Assembly: GCA_016193465.1 (NCBI GenBank) | Contig: JACPSE010000052.1 | Location: 6,450 to 70,449, forward strand | Length of the DNA: 64,000 bases | Source of the DNA: Deltaproteobacteria bacterium | GTDB lineage: Bacteria > Desulfobacterota > Binatia > UBA9968 | Reading direction: 5' to 3' | Shown here: one piece after another, positions 17,920 through 28,029 of the stretch | Layout: the number at the start of each line of letters is the position of its first letter | Numbering within the stretch: the first letter of the stretch is position 1 | The notes under the pieces: model-generated | Database searches by the model: none | Seen by the model: only the letters and a program-made list of their open reading frames with translations | Told to the model about the DNA's origin: nothing | Made by a program: the position numbers and the translations under genes

Positions 17920-19650
17920 ATGCCGAGCATATTAAAATTAGAATTAGATAGGAAAGCCCTTGAGAAGGTTGCGGCAGGCATCTATATGGCTTTTATCCTT
18001 GCCGGCTGCGCCATGCAGCAGATCAGCGGGCCGACAGGGGTGCTTGAAGGAGAGCGGGTTGGCGGAGGGCCTCTAGTTGACTGCCGTGGCTACTTTTCTC
18101 AGGCAGGGCAGGAGATCAAAGCCAGCATTAATGCGCCTCAAGGTCCGGGTCTGGGTCTCGGGTTTGGTTCAACACCTCTGCTCGCCCTTGACTCGATAAC
18201 TGGCGACATGATCTCGCACTACCAGCGCTACTGCCATCAGTACAATGTTGGACTAATCTCGCGCGAAGAGTTTCTCCGAAAGACGGACATGCTCCATGCC
18301 ACACAGACGGCGATCCGGGCAGTGGTGGGTACTGTCCCTCAACCTCTTCCATCACAAGCGTATCCGGTTGCTACGATGCCCGGCATGGGGCCGCCCATGG
18401 ACCCTAATTTTCCTTCCCCATCACTTGGAAGCGCCATGCCAGGAGGTGGCATGCCTGAGGCTACGTCAAAGTCAATGCAGATGGCGGAATCGATCTTTAG
18501 AATGATCCTTGAGGCCATGCGTCTTGCGCCGGGAGTTAGCAGCCCCCCTCAGTTTCCGCCTACGCCGGGGGCCGGTGGTGGGCCGCAGTTTCCGCCGGGT
18601 CCGCGTCCTTCATATCCTCAACCATACCCTCAACCTGGCAGGCCGCCAATGAGTCTCCCGCCCTCTCCCGTTACTTCTTTGCCTCCCTCCTCCGGACAGG
18701 AGGCTAGTCCAGGTCTAGATGGCCTCTTCAGGTCTGTCGTAGACGAGTTGACGCAAATTTCCCGCGTTCAAGGTGGAATGGGCAGGCCGGTTAGAGCAGT
18801 TCTTGGTGAGATCAGTTACAGAAATACCGAATACGGAAGTCCCCTCAGTCTTTTCTTAAAGGAGCGGTTGCGGGAGCAGCTCACTCGCTCGGGTGACTTC
18901 GTTCTGTTAGAGACTCCCAGGCTACGAGGGATCGGAGGTATCAGCAAGCCTAAGGCAGTAACCGCCCTGGCAGAAAGCTCTGGGGCCGATGTCGTCATTA
19001 GCGGGAATTATTGGGATAATCCGGAGGGGATTGACCTGCTCATCTCAATGCGCGAGAGGAGCGAGGATACGCTCCTGGGGGTTTCCCGCTGCTTGCTCCC
19101 ATCTTCTGTGCTTCCCAAGCAGCCTTCGGCTCCGGCTAACCTTGAAGCGGCGCGGTTGAACGAGCTGCTCGAGGAAAGTATTGCCCCACCCTCGGCTGTT
19201 GATCCCGCCAAGCCTTTAAAGGTGGAGGTTTGGACCGACCGAGGGAAAGGCGCCATCTATACTGAGGGAGAAGAGATGTACGTGATGGTTCGTGTCAGCC
19301 AGGATGCTTACGTGCGCCTCTACTATACAGACGCGAACAAGCAGACCTACCAAATTTTTCCGAACAGTTACCGGCCAGAAAGCAGGGTTCAAGGGGGCTC
19401 GGTGCTCACCATACCTAGCCCAGAAGACCGCTTTGCTTTTCGTGTAAAGGCTCCCTTTGGCGTTGAATCTCTTACCGCCCTGGCCAGCCGCAAGCCCTTT
19501 AAAGAGCCAGAAGGAGCTACTCTTTCTACTGGGCCATTTCAGCGGGTTTCTCAAGGTATGAGGGGCATTGCGGTAGTCTCTTCCTCAGTAGGCGAGGGAG
19601 AAGCCGTTCGGGACAGCACTGTGATGACTACAGTATCTCTCAAACGATAA
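17920..19650 (+). CDS. Lipoprotein: Pro-rich linker + TolB-N/LpoB/FlgO-like scaffold domain + C-terminal DUF4384-like beta-sandwich domain
   Basis: Lipobox ILAGC; low-complexity PQFPPTPGAGGGPQFPPGPRPSYPQPYPQPGRPP; VRAVLGEISYRNTEYGSPLSLFLKERLREQL...ADVVISGNYW pattern; C-terminal VEVWTDRGKG..YVRLYYTDANKQTYQIFPN homologous to 21.9-22.2 kb segment. Confidence 0.55.
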   Translation: MPSILKLELDRKALEKVAAGIYMAFILAGCAMQQISGPTGVLEGERVGGGPLVDCRGYFSQAGQEIKASINAPQGPGLGLGFGSTPLLALDSITGDMISHYQRYCHQYNVGLISREEFLRKTDMLHATQTAIRAVVGTVPQPLPSQAYPVATMPGMGPPMDPNFPSPSLGSAMPGGGMPEATSKSMQMAESIFRMILEAMRLAPGVSSPPQFPPTPGAGGGPQFPPGPRPSYPQPYPQPGRPPMSLPPSPVTSLPPSSGQEASPGLDGLFRSVVDELTQISRVQGGMGRPVRAVLGEISYRNTEYGSPLSLFLKERLREQLTRSGDFVLLETPRLRGIGGISKPKAVTALAESSGADVVISGNYWDNPEGIDLLISMRERSEDTLLGVSRCLLPSSVLPKQPSAPANLEAARLNELLEESIAPPSAVDPAKPLKVEVWTDRGKGAIYTEGEEMYVMVRVSQDAYVRLYYTDANKQTYQIFPNSYRPESRVQGGSVLTIPSPEDRFAFRVKAPFGVESLTALASRKPFKEPEGATLSTGPFQRVSQGMRGIAVVSSSVGEGEAVRDSTVMTTVSLKR

Positions 19651-19674
19651 CGCGGCATTTTTTAGGAGGCAGTT

Positions 19675-20379
19675 TTGATTAACCCAGATGAAGAGACAAT
19701 TGAAAGAATTCTCCGGCACTTGCTAAATAAGAAACAGCGAAGCAGGGAAAGAGTCGGTTGTCCCGAAGAGGAAAGTTTGGCTGGCTACCTTAGCGGTACG
19801 CTGTCGGAAAACGAAAGAGAGAAAATAGAGGTCCATCTCGCCGATTGTTCCAGTTGCTTGAACGAGATTGTCACTGTCCATAAGGCGTCGCAGGAAACGA
19901 TGGCGGAAAAGGTCCCCCAAGACCTTATAGAGAGGGCCATGTCTCTGGTTCGGCCGGCTCGTGGACCAGAGAACTTCCTCGATCTTGTAGTGCGGGTCGT
20001 AAAGGGCTCGCTGGAGCTTGTAAGTACCTCGGGCCGCCCGATTTTAGCTGCCGCGCCGGTTGCTGTCCGAGGAGAAAAGGGTCCTGTGGAGAGCGGCGTC
20101 ATCGAAGTCGAGCAGGGGATGGAGAGATTTAAGGTTGGCGTTGAAGTAGAGCCGGTGGAACCAGGACTTTGCCGGGTTGTTGTTAGCGTGACGGAAGAAG
20201 GACGTGGTGTAGGGGAAAGCCTCCGCATGAGCCTATTTTCAGGGGGGCGTGAGCGGGCCTCCTATCTGGCCCGGGAAGGTAAGATAGCATTTGACCGGAT
20301 TCCCCGAGGAGAATACAATCTGGCCATTTCTGATACCGGGATTCCAGTGGGAACGATTCGATTGAGGTTGATCGAGTGA
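19675..20379 (+). CDS. Anti-sigma factor, zinc-finger (ZAS) type, soluble (no TM helix)
   Basis: TTG start 5 nt after AGGAGG; HLADCSSC = H-x3-C-x2-C ZAS motif near N-terminus; located 3 genes downstream of ECF sigma. Confidence 0.6.
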   Translation: MINPDEETIERILRHLLNKKQRSRERVGCPEEESLAGYLSGTLSENEREKIEVHLADCSSCLNEIVTVHKASQETMAEKVPQDLIERAMSLVRPARGPENFLDLVVRVVKGSLELVSTSGRPILAAAPVAVRGEKGPVESGVIEVEQGMERFKVGVEVEPVEPGLCRVVVSVTEEGRGVGESLRMSLFSGGRERASYLAREGKIAFDRIPRGEYNLAISDTGIPVGTIRLRLIE

Positions 20380-20417
20380 TGTAGCTAGACCCAAAAAGCC
20401 TGTCATGGAGGGTCATT

Positions 20418-22394
20418 GTGAGCGACAGAGATCTTGTCCTGGAGGTTTCTCGTGAAGATCAAAGAATAAAGGTTAGTGTTTACGAGAAGACCGAAAGGGG
20501 TGAGCGGACCCTCCGTCCATACGAGGACTCGGAAGTATCCTGGACACAGGTCGAAAAAAGTTGTCAGGAAATTATTGGGCTGCTCAACCGCGCCAATAAA
20601 CGCGCCGGAATCCCGCCGGAAATCTTAGTTGACCTCAAAAAGTCCGGGCAGATCCTTTTTGATCTCTTAATCCCACCCAAAGCAAAAGAAAAACTAAATT
20701 CCACCACGGCCACAAACCTCATCCTTTATTTGGACGATAGGCTGGTCCATATCCCGTGGGAGCTCCTTTTCGGCGGTCGCAATTTCTTCTGCCGCCGCTT
20801 TGCTATGGGCAGGATCGTCAGCACCCGTCAGGCACTCACCTCTTCATCAAGCCGAAGCTTAAAGGCTCCCTTCAAAGTACTAGTCCTAGCCGATCCCCGT
20901 GGGAACCTAGAGGCTTCCTACCGTGAAGGGTTGGATGTAAAAGACTTCCTGGACGACAAGAGGGAAACCTTTCACGTCGATTTCAAAAGCGACCCGATAG
21001 ATATTCCCTTTGTCAAGAAAAATCTCCGCGACTACGACATTGTCCATTATTCGGGTCACGCCGACTATCGGGCGGAAAATCCCTCAGATAGCGGCTGGCT
21101 ATTAAGTGACGGGAGGCTCAGGGCAAGCGAGATTTCCGCTATGGGCGGGCTTCAGCCCATGCCTTTCTTAGTTTTCTCCAACGCCTGCCAAAGCGGCCAG
21201 ACAGGGGAGTGGCAAATCCAAGAAGGGTACGAGCAGCAGATCTTCGGACTTGCCAATGCTTATCTCCTGTCAGGAGTGCAGCACTACATTGGGACTTTTT
21301 GGGAAATTCTTGATGAACCTAGCTGTCAGTTTGCCAAGAGTTTCTACGGTTACTTGGCTCTGGGCGAAAAGGTCGGCGAGGCGGTCCGTAGGGCGCGTGA
21401 GGATCTCATCAAGGCCTACGGAGAGGAGACTATCGTTTGGGCCAGTTATATGCTCTATGGCGACCCGACATTTGAATTTCTTTCTGCCGCCCAGGAAGCT
21501 TCCGAGAAAACAGGAGTACGTGAGTCTACTCCGGCAGAGCAAAGTTCCTCTTTTCTCTATCCACTCCTCGGTGTCTTTTTGCTGGCCTTGGCCATTGCTG
21601 GCTACTTCATCTTCTATCCTAAAGCCTCTCAAGAGGAAGAGGCAAAGACTGAGGCGGTGGAGAAAGTTGAATCCAAACAGCCGGTAACCACGGCAGAAGT
21701 CAAAAAACTTCCAGAGGTTGTAAAACCAAAAGAATCTACCACCATTGCAAAGCCTCAAGAGAGTTTGCCTCCAGCAGAAACGAAACAGGAAGTAGCTTCA
21801 AAAAAAGAGCCTGCTCCGCCTGTAGTTGCTGCACCTCTAAGTCTGAGCATGAACATCATTGGCCAGAGGAAAGAAGCTGATGGTCGTTACGCCGAAGTTG
21901 TGATCGGCGAGGGAAGCATTCTCCGCTCTTATGACAATTTGCAGGTGCACCTAGAGACCAACCGTCCTGCGTACGTGTATATCCTCCTGTACGACAGCCA
22001 GGGTAGAGCCAGCCAGATTTTTCCTGATCCCAAAATTGATCAGGGAGAGTTTGTTGAAGGCGAGAGAAAGATCGTGGTTCCATCTAAGGATCTCTGGTTC
22101 TGGCTGGATGAAAACCCTGGCACAGAAACTATTTATGTGCTGGCCTCCGAAAAACCCATGTCGGATATCAGAGGATTACTTGCGAGAATGGAAGCGACAG
22201 ACGACGCCGGAAAGAAGCGCTTCTCCGAAGAGATCAGGCAGAGAATTGGTGTTATGCAACGTGGCGTTGCCGTTGTCGCCAAGGGCCAACCGGCCGTCTA
22301 TACGTTGAGTGGTGGAAAGAGGATTGAGAAGGTGACCGAGGTGGTCACCGGAACTGGATCAGTGGTGAGGGCGGTAAGTTTTCAGCATAGATAA
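20418..22394 (+). CDS. CHAT-domain (caspase-like) protease – single TM helix – DUF4384-like domain – conserved ~65-aa C-terminal tail
   Basis: CHAT dyad motifs DIVHYSGHADY (His) and FLVFSNACQSG (Cys); TM FLYPLLGVFLLALAIAGYFIFY (~21540-21615); K/E/P-rich linker; AYVYILLYDSQGRASQIFPD DUF4384-like; tail ...GVMQRGVAVVAKGQPAVYTLSGGKRIEKVTEVVTGTGSVVRAVSFQHR. Confidence 0.7.
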   Translation: MSDRDLVLEVSREDQRIKVSVYEKTERGERTLRPYEDSEVSWTQVEKSCQEIIGLLNRANKRAGIPPEILVDLKKSGQILFDLLIPPKAKEKLNSTTATNLILYLDDRLVHIPWELLFGGRNFFCRRFAMGRIVSTRQALTSSSSRSLKAPFKVLVLADPRGNLEASYREGLDVKDFLDDKRETFHVDFKSDPIDIPFVKKNLRDYDIVHYSGHADYRAENPSDSGWLLSDGRLRASEISAMGGLQPMPFLVFSNACQSGQTGEWQIQEGYEQQIFGLANAYLLSGVQHYIGTFWEILDEPSCQFAKSFYGYLALGEKVGEAVRRAREDLIKAYGEETIVWASYMLYGDPTFEFLSAAQEASEKTGVRESTPAEQSSSFLYPLLGVFLLALAIAGYFIFYPKASQEEEAKTEAVEKVESKQPVTTAEVKKLPEVVKPKESTTIAKPQESLPPAETKQEVASKKEPAPPVVAAPLSLSMNIIGQRKEADGRYAEVVIGEGSILRSYDNLQVHLETNRPAYVYILLYDSQGRASQIFPDPKIDQGEFVEGERKIVVPSKDLWFWLDENPGTETIYVLASEKPMSDIRGLLARMEATDDAGKKRFSEEIRQRIGVMQRGVAVVAKGQPAVYTLSGGKRIEKVTEVVTGTGSVVRAVSFQHR

Positions 22395-22465
22395 ACTGAG
22401 GTTCAAACGGGATTGGTTCGAGGAGCCCAAGTTTCGGGCAGTCCGTCACAAAATTCTGCAGACCG

Positions 22466-25396
22466 ATGTGGATTTTGTTAGCTGATGTTGCTTTGAGATA
22501 TTTGAGCGCGTTGGGATGTATTCGCGCTCGGAGAGATTTCCTATTGTGCAACACTGTTGTTGCTCTTTTGAGCCTGAGCGGCTGCGTGTTGGGCGATCCC
22601 TATGCCACGGGTAGCAGGACTGCTTCAATAGTACGCGTACGCCATGCGCGCTTTGCACGGGAGCTTCCTCCAACAGGAGGCTCGATTCAAGATGCTGATC
22701 TTCCACCGTCCGTTGAAGAATTTTATAACGACCGCGATTCCCACGTATACTTTCTCTTCGCAATGAACCGTCCATTCAAAAACCTGCCCATACAGATTGA
22801 ATGGTTTGACCCTAATGACCGTTTGTATCAAGCTGATACACGGATTACCGGCTGTGTGCGGTGTTCGTGGTGGTGGACTTCAAGCTTTGTGCGTAGTGAG
22901 AAGGTTGCTGACCGCCTTGGCGAGTGGAAAGTAGTTGTATCCACCAAAGGCGAAACTGTAGGTACCTACAAGTTTAGACTTTTGACCGGGGAGAGAGCCC
23001 AGGCCGAACCTCGTTTCACGAAGAGCTATCCGCTATCCATTCTTGCCGCTGCAGAGACAGTTCGAAAAGGCAGAGGTAGCGAAGCCCTTGCCTACTACGA
23101 GTCTCTTGGGCAGGAATCTATTAAGCTAGGAAAGACTCGTGACGCTGGTTTTGCGTACATACTGGCTGCCACTGTCGCGTTATATAGCGGCAATTTTCAT
23201 ACAGCTGTCAATCACTCCTTGAAGAGTTTGGATATCGTTAGGAACCTAAAAGGTAACCACGAGATCACATACCAGGCTTATTTGAAACTAGTTTTGGCAT
23301 TTCTCGAGATTGGCGAGTTTAACGGTGCGAGGTACTACGCGAATCTTATGATGGGGCTCGCGTCAAGTCATACTGATCTTCAATTTAGGGAAAGGCGCTT
23401 GGCTGATAGCCACTGGTATCTGGCTCGGGTTGATGGAGCGCTTGGGAATCACGAGGGTGCAATTGCAAACCTTCTCAGGGCAAAAGGGATATACGAGAAA
23501 CTAATTGACTGGTCGCGGAAGGGGCGCTTGATCGAGATTTCGAATTATTTCTACACCCTCAGCGCGCTTGGTGAGGCGTACTTAAATCAGGGCAATCTTC
23601 AAGAGGCAAAAATATTTTTTGAGCTTGCTATCGATCCACATAAGATATTAGGGAGACGAGTCGTAACAGTAGTTCCGCGAATAGGACTCGGGCGCATTGC
23701 GATGCTTGAGGGGGACTTGGAGGAGGCTAAATATTATTTTAGGGACGCGTTGCGGCGAAGCCGTCGGACCGGAAGACCTTTCCTTATTGCTCGCGCTCTG
23801 CATGGACTAGGACAAACGTACATGCGCCTTGGTCAATGGAAGGAGGGCGTCTCTTTTCTGAAAGAAGCCGCGAGTTACGTGGAAGATATGAGGTCTTCTC
23901 TGAAGGTTGGGGAACTGAGGCAAACGTTCTTAGAGGGGAGGGTATCAGTTTACCGTGATCTCGTTTTAGCGCTGAGGACCTTAGGGGAAGATTCTGATGC
24001 CTTTCACTACGCTGAGCGAGGAAAGGCTCGCGCCTTCTTGGATGTCCTTGCAGCGAAAGTAGCTTTAGCGGATGACGAAAGGGAATTGCGCGAGAAGCTC
24101 GCTGCGCTCCAATTTATAGAGGAAGACGGTGAGACAGGAGTCTCAGGCGAAGAAGTCGAGGCTACAAAAAGAGCTTACAATGACTTTTTAGCCAAGCTGC
24201 GTGAGGAGAATGCCGAGCGGGCGTCATTGATGACGGTGGACCCGCTTAGTTTGAAAGAAGTGCAAAAGCTGTTGGACGCAAAGCAGATCTTGCTCGAATA
24301 TTTTGTTGCGGATGAGAAAACGTTCCTTTGGGTGGTTGGCAAAGATAGCTTTTATGGCTTAACCATCGCGACCCCTCGCAAAGACCTTGTCGGCAGAGTT
24401 AACTCCCTTAGAAAGCTCACATCCGAAATCGGGTCGTTAAGGGAGTACCAGAGAATAGCGGCTGAGCTTTACGATCTCCTCATCCAACCTGCGTTGCCTT
24501 ATGTTAAAGATAAGGAACTCATCATTGTCCCCCATGAGGTCCTCCATTACGTACCCTTTCAGGCGCTGTACTCGAGTCAGGGTAAATATCTTATTGAAGA
24601 CGCCCCCGTGAGCTACCTCTCTAGCGCCAGTCTACTTCAGTTTGTCAAAGAGAAGAGGAAGGCGAAGGGAGACCTGTCTGCCGTGCTGGCACAAGCAGGG
24701 AAGGTCTTGGCCTTTGGGAATCCAGATTTGGGAGATCCGCAAAAGGACTTGCAGTTTGCGGAGTTAGAGGCAGGAGAGGTCAGGAGGCTTTATCCCAAGT
24801 CCAGTGTGTACGTGAGGAAGGAGGCTACGGAGGAAAAGGCGAAGGGCTTATCATCTCAGTATGACATCCTTCACTTTGCCACCCATGCGGAGCTAAAGGA
24901 GGATGATCCTTTATCATCGGCGGTGCTGTTAGCCAAGAACGGCAAAGAAGATGGGAGACTGGAGGTGAGGGAGGTCTTTGGGATGGATTTGAAGGCTAGT
25001 CTGGTAGTGCTCAGTGCGTGTGAGACCGGGTTAGGGAAGCTGTCTACGGGGGATGAGTTGGTAGGACTGACCAGGGCTTTTATTTATGCTGGGACCCCAT
25101 CTGTGGTGGCGAGTCTGTGGAAGGTGGAGGACAGTTCTACAGCGGCGCTGATGGCCAGTTTTTACAAGAATCTTAAGACCATGACTAAGGTGGAGGCCTT
25201 AAGGCAGGCGCAATTGGAGTTGATACGGGGGCAAGCAAGTAGCGACTTACTGGCGAGGAGAGGAGTAGGAGGGATAGGGAGGCTGGGGGAGGTTCCTACG
25301 GGGGAACCCCAATCCCCGACCCCTGGCCCCGTCTCTATCTCCACCGCTCATCCTTACTTTTGGGCACCGTTTATCTTGGTGGGGGATGGGACATAG
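22466..25396 (+). CDS. TPR-repeat + CHAT-domain protease, lipoprotein (paralog 1)
   Basis: Lipobox LSLSGC; TPR-like helical repeats through middle; C-terminal CHAT with ILHFATHAELKEDDP (His) and VVLSACETG (Cys), ...HPYFWAPFILVGDG end; start codon uncertain (alternative TTG ~22544). Confidence 0.75.
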   Translation: MWILLADVALRYLSALGCIRARRDFLLCNTVVALLSLSGCVLGDPYATGSRTASIVRVRHARFARELPPTGGSIQDADLPPSVEEFYNDRDSHVYFLFAMNRPFKNLPIQIEWFDPNDRLYQADTRITGCVRCSWWWTSSFVRSEKVADRLGEWKVVVSTKGETVGTYKFRLLTGERAQAEPRFTKSYPLSILAAAETVRKGRGSEALAYYESLGQESIKLGKTRDAGFAYILAATVALYSGNFHTAVNHSLKSLDIVRNLKGNHEITYQAYLKLVLAFLEIGEFNGARYYANLMMGLASSHTDLQFRERRLADSHWYLARVDGALGNHEGAIANLLRAKGIYEKLIDWSRKGRLIEISNYFYTLSALGEAYLNQGNLQEAKIFFELAIDPHKILGRRVVTVVPRIGLGRIAMLEGDLEEAKYYFRDALRRSRRTGRPFLIARALHGLGQTYMRLGQWKEGVSFLKEAASYVEDMRSSLKVGELRQTFLEGRVSVYRDLVLALRTLGEDSDAFHYAERGKARAFLDVLAAKVALADDERELREKLAALQFIEEDGETGVSGEEVEATKRAYNDFLAKLREENAERASLMTVDPLSLKEVQKLLDAKQILLEYFVADEKTFLWVVGKDSFYGLTIATPRKDLVGRVNSLRKLTSEIGSLREYQRIAAELYDLLIQPALPYVKDKELIIVPHEVLHYVPFQALYSSQGKYLIEDAPVSYLSSASLLQFVKEKRKAKGDLSAVLAQAGKVLAFGNPDLGDPQKDLQFAELEAGEVRRLYPKSSVYVRKEATEEKAKGLSSQYDILHFATHAELKEDDPLSSAVLLAKNGKEDGRLEVREVFGMDLKASLVVLSACETGLGKLSTGDELVGLTRAFIYAGTPSVVASLWKVEDSSTAALMASFYKNLKTMTKVEALRQAQLELIRGQASSDLLARRGVGGIGRLGEVPTGEPQSPTPGPVSISTAHPYFWAPFILVGDGT

Positions 25397-25432
25397 CAAA
25401 AGGATCGAGACTGGGAGATCCTCGGCGACATC

Positions 25433-28012
25433 ATGAACAGGCTGAGTGAGACAAGAAGATCAAAGAGTAAATATGCTGCCTGGATAACAGCTGTCCTAGC
25501 GCTATTCTTGGCCTCCGGTTGTGCTATCCCCGACCCTAATTTTGAGGTCAGAGAGGGTGCTGTCTTTTATACTCGCCGGGCTCTTTCACGGGGAAAAATT
25601 AAAGAGGCACTGGCTTTTTATGAGTCTGAGGCTCGGACGGCAGAAGAAAACGCGGCGGCTAGTTTCTTTCCTCAACAGTATTGGGATGCTGCAGCTAGGG
25701 CGTACATAGAGGCGGCTAGAGCGGCCCGATTTAATGGGGATTTGCAAAAGTCGATTACCCACGCAAAGAAGGCGCTCGAGGCGGCTGAGAAGGCAAAGAG
25801 CCCCGAGCTTCAAATTGGTGCAATTAGTAATCTCATTTTGCCCTTAAGATCAATCAGGGATTTTGATCAGGTCAGTCCACTGATAGAAAAAGGCTTAAAA
25901 ATTGTAGAGGAAATTCCAACTAACACCAATCGCCGTCTCAGTCGGGAAAGTTCTTTATACGAGCATCTGGGTAAGGATCTTGTTCGTCGGCGAGAATATG
26001 AGCAAGCCATTGTTGCTTTTACCCGCGCTCTTTATTTACAGCAAGACTGGCTGGCTGACCTTTACCGGTGGTTTAGGAAGGACCACCCTTACATAGAAGT
26101 AGCTCGCGTCGGCATTATCCTCAAGATGGAGGCTTTAGGCGATGCCTATCGTCGAGCAGGCCGATTGCAAGACGCACTGCAACAATATGAACGCGCCTTC
26201 AATTTCATAAAAGAGTGGGGATTAAGATATCCTTATGAAAACGCATTGCATCAGGGCATGGGAGAAATCTTTTGGCAGAAGAAGGATTTTCATCAGGCCC
26301 TCGAGCAATTTAACCTAGCCCTAACTTTAGCTGAGAAGCAACAGAGGCCGAACGTGATCAGGTCTGCGAGCCTTCGTATTGCTGACATTTTGGGGCGAAC
26401 GGGCAAGGCTGCCGATGCTATCTCTTACTACCAGAAAGCCATCCAGCAAATCGAGTCTGTCCGCTCTCTCATCACGACTGAGGAATACAGGGGATCCTAT
26501 TTTGCGGGGGGCCTAAGTGCTTACGCCGGTATGACAAGGGCTCTTCTAGACGTAGGTAAGCAAGAGGAGGCCTTTAATTATACTGAGCGCTCACGTTCGC
26601 GGGTCTTCCTGGATGTATTGGGTAGTAAGGTGCAACTGTCGGGAATAAAGGGCGGGCTACTGGCGGAGGAGAGAACTTTAAAGGAGAGGATTGTCTCGAT
26701 CAGGACGAGGTTAGGAGGTCGAGATGGGGAAACAAATGAAGACGGGCAAACGGCGAGGGCGATACTAAGAAGGGAGTTAAGGGAGGCGGAAAGGGCCTAT
26801 GCCGATTTTTTTACTAGGGTCAGGAAGGAAAACAAAGAGCAGGCCTCTTTGATGACAGTTGAGCCTTTGACCGTTAAGGAAGTCCAGGAGTTGCTTGATC
26901 CAGGGGCCACGTTGATTGAGTACTTTGTGACTGAGCGGGAAATCTTTGCCTGGGTTGTCGAGAAAGACAAGGTTCGGTTTGTCAGAGTTGAGCTTCCCAG
27001 AAAGAAGCGTGCTGGCCTGGTTAAGAGCCTGCGGGAGACCATTTTTGCTCTGGGCGATAAGGATAAATTTAGGGTAGCCTCTACTGTTCTCTATCAGCAC
27101 CTCATTGAGGGAATTCTTCCATATGTCACTGGCAAGGAATTAATCATCGTTCCCCACGATGTCCTTCACTACCTTCCATTCCATGCCCTGGTTAGTCCTG
27201 ATGGTCGTTATTTGATCGAGAAGTATCCTATTTACTACCTCTCTAGTGCCAGCCTGCTTCAGTTTACCAAGGAGAAGAGAAAGGCAAAGGGGGACCTGTC
27301 TGCCGTGCTGGCACAGGCAGGGAGGGTTTTGGCCTTTGGGAATCCGGATTTGGGAGATCCTGATAAGGAGTTAAAGTTTGCGGAGTTAGAGGCTCAGGAG
27401 GTTCAGAGACTCTATCCTCAGTCCACCGTGCTTCTGAAGAGGGAGGCCACGGAGGAGAAGGGCAAAACCCTTTCACCGCAGCATGACATACTTCATTTTG
27501 CCACCCATGCGAAGCTGAACGAGGATGATCCGTTATCTTCAGCGATACTCTTAGCCAAGGATGGCACGGAGGATGGGAGGCTGGAGGTAAGAGAGATCTT
27601 CGGAATGGATTTAAAAGCAAATCTGGTAGTTTTAAGTGCCTGTGAGACGGGGTTAGGGAAGCTTTCCACAGGAGATGAGATTGTCGGGTTGACCAGGGCC
27701 TTTATTTATGCAGGCACCCCATCAGTGGTGGCCAGCCTGTGGAAGGTGGAGGATAGTTCTACAGCCTACCTGATGGCCAGCTTTTACAAGAATCTCAGGA
27801 CCATGTCTAAGGTGGAGGCCTTAAGGCAGGCCCAGTTGGAGTTGATCAGGGGACAGGCGAGTAGTGACTTGCTAGCCAGGAGAGGGGTAGGAGGGATAGG
27901 GAGGCTGGGGGAGGTGCCAGAGGCCAAACCCCAATCCCTGGCCCCTGTCTCTGTCTCTACTTCTCACCCCTACTTCTGGGCTCCGTTTATATTGGTGGGA
28001 GATGGGAAGTGA
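25433..28012 (+). CDS. TPR-repeat + CHAT-domain protease, lipoprotein (paralog 2)
   Basis: Classic lipoprotein signal MNRLSETRRSKSKYAAWITAVLALFLASGC; TPR region; CHAT C-terminus ~90% identical to paralogs incl. identical DNA tracts. Confidence 0.8.
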   Translation: MNRLSETRRSKSKYAAWITAVLALFLASGCAIPDPNFEVREGAVFYTRRALSRGKIKEALAFYESEARTAEENAAASFFPQQYWDAAARAYIEAARAARFNGDLQKSITHAKKALEAAEKAKSPELQIGAISNLILPLRSIRDFDQVSPLIEKGLKIVEEIPTNTNRRLSRESSLYEHLGKDLVRRREYEQAIVAFTRALYLQQDWLADLYRWFRKDHPYIEVARVGIILKMEALGDAYRRAGRLQDALQQYERAFNFIKEWGLRYPYENALHQGMGEIFWQKKDFHQALEQFNLALTLAEKQQRPNVIRSASLRIADILGRTGKAADAISYYQKAIQQIESVRSLITTEEYRGSYFAGGLSAYAGMTRALLDVGKQEEAFNYTERSRSRVFLDVLGSKVQLSGIKGGLLAEERTLKERIVSIRTRLGGRDGETNEDGQTARAILRRELREAERAYADFFTRVRKENKEQASLMTVEPLTVKEVQELLDPGATLIEYFVTEREIFAWVVEKDKVRFVRVELPRKKRAGLVKSLRETIFALGDKDKFRVASTVLYQHLIEGILPYVTGKELIIVPHDVLHYLPFHALVSPDGRYLIEKYPIYYLSSASLLQFTKEKRKAKGDLSAVLAQAGRVLAFGNPDLGDPDKELKFAELEAQEVQRLYPQSTVLLKREATEEKGKTLSPQHDILHFATHAKLNEDDPLSSAILLAKDGTEDGRLEVREIFGMDLKANLVVLSACETGLGKLSTGDEIVGLTRAFIYAGTPSVVASLWKVEDSSTAYLMASFYKNLRTMSKVEALRQAQLELIRGQASSDLLARRGVGGIGRLGEVPEAKPQSLAPVSVSTSHPYFWAPFILVGDGK

Positions 28013-28029
28013 TAGTATTGTAACGGCCA

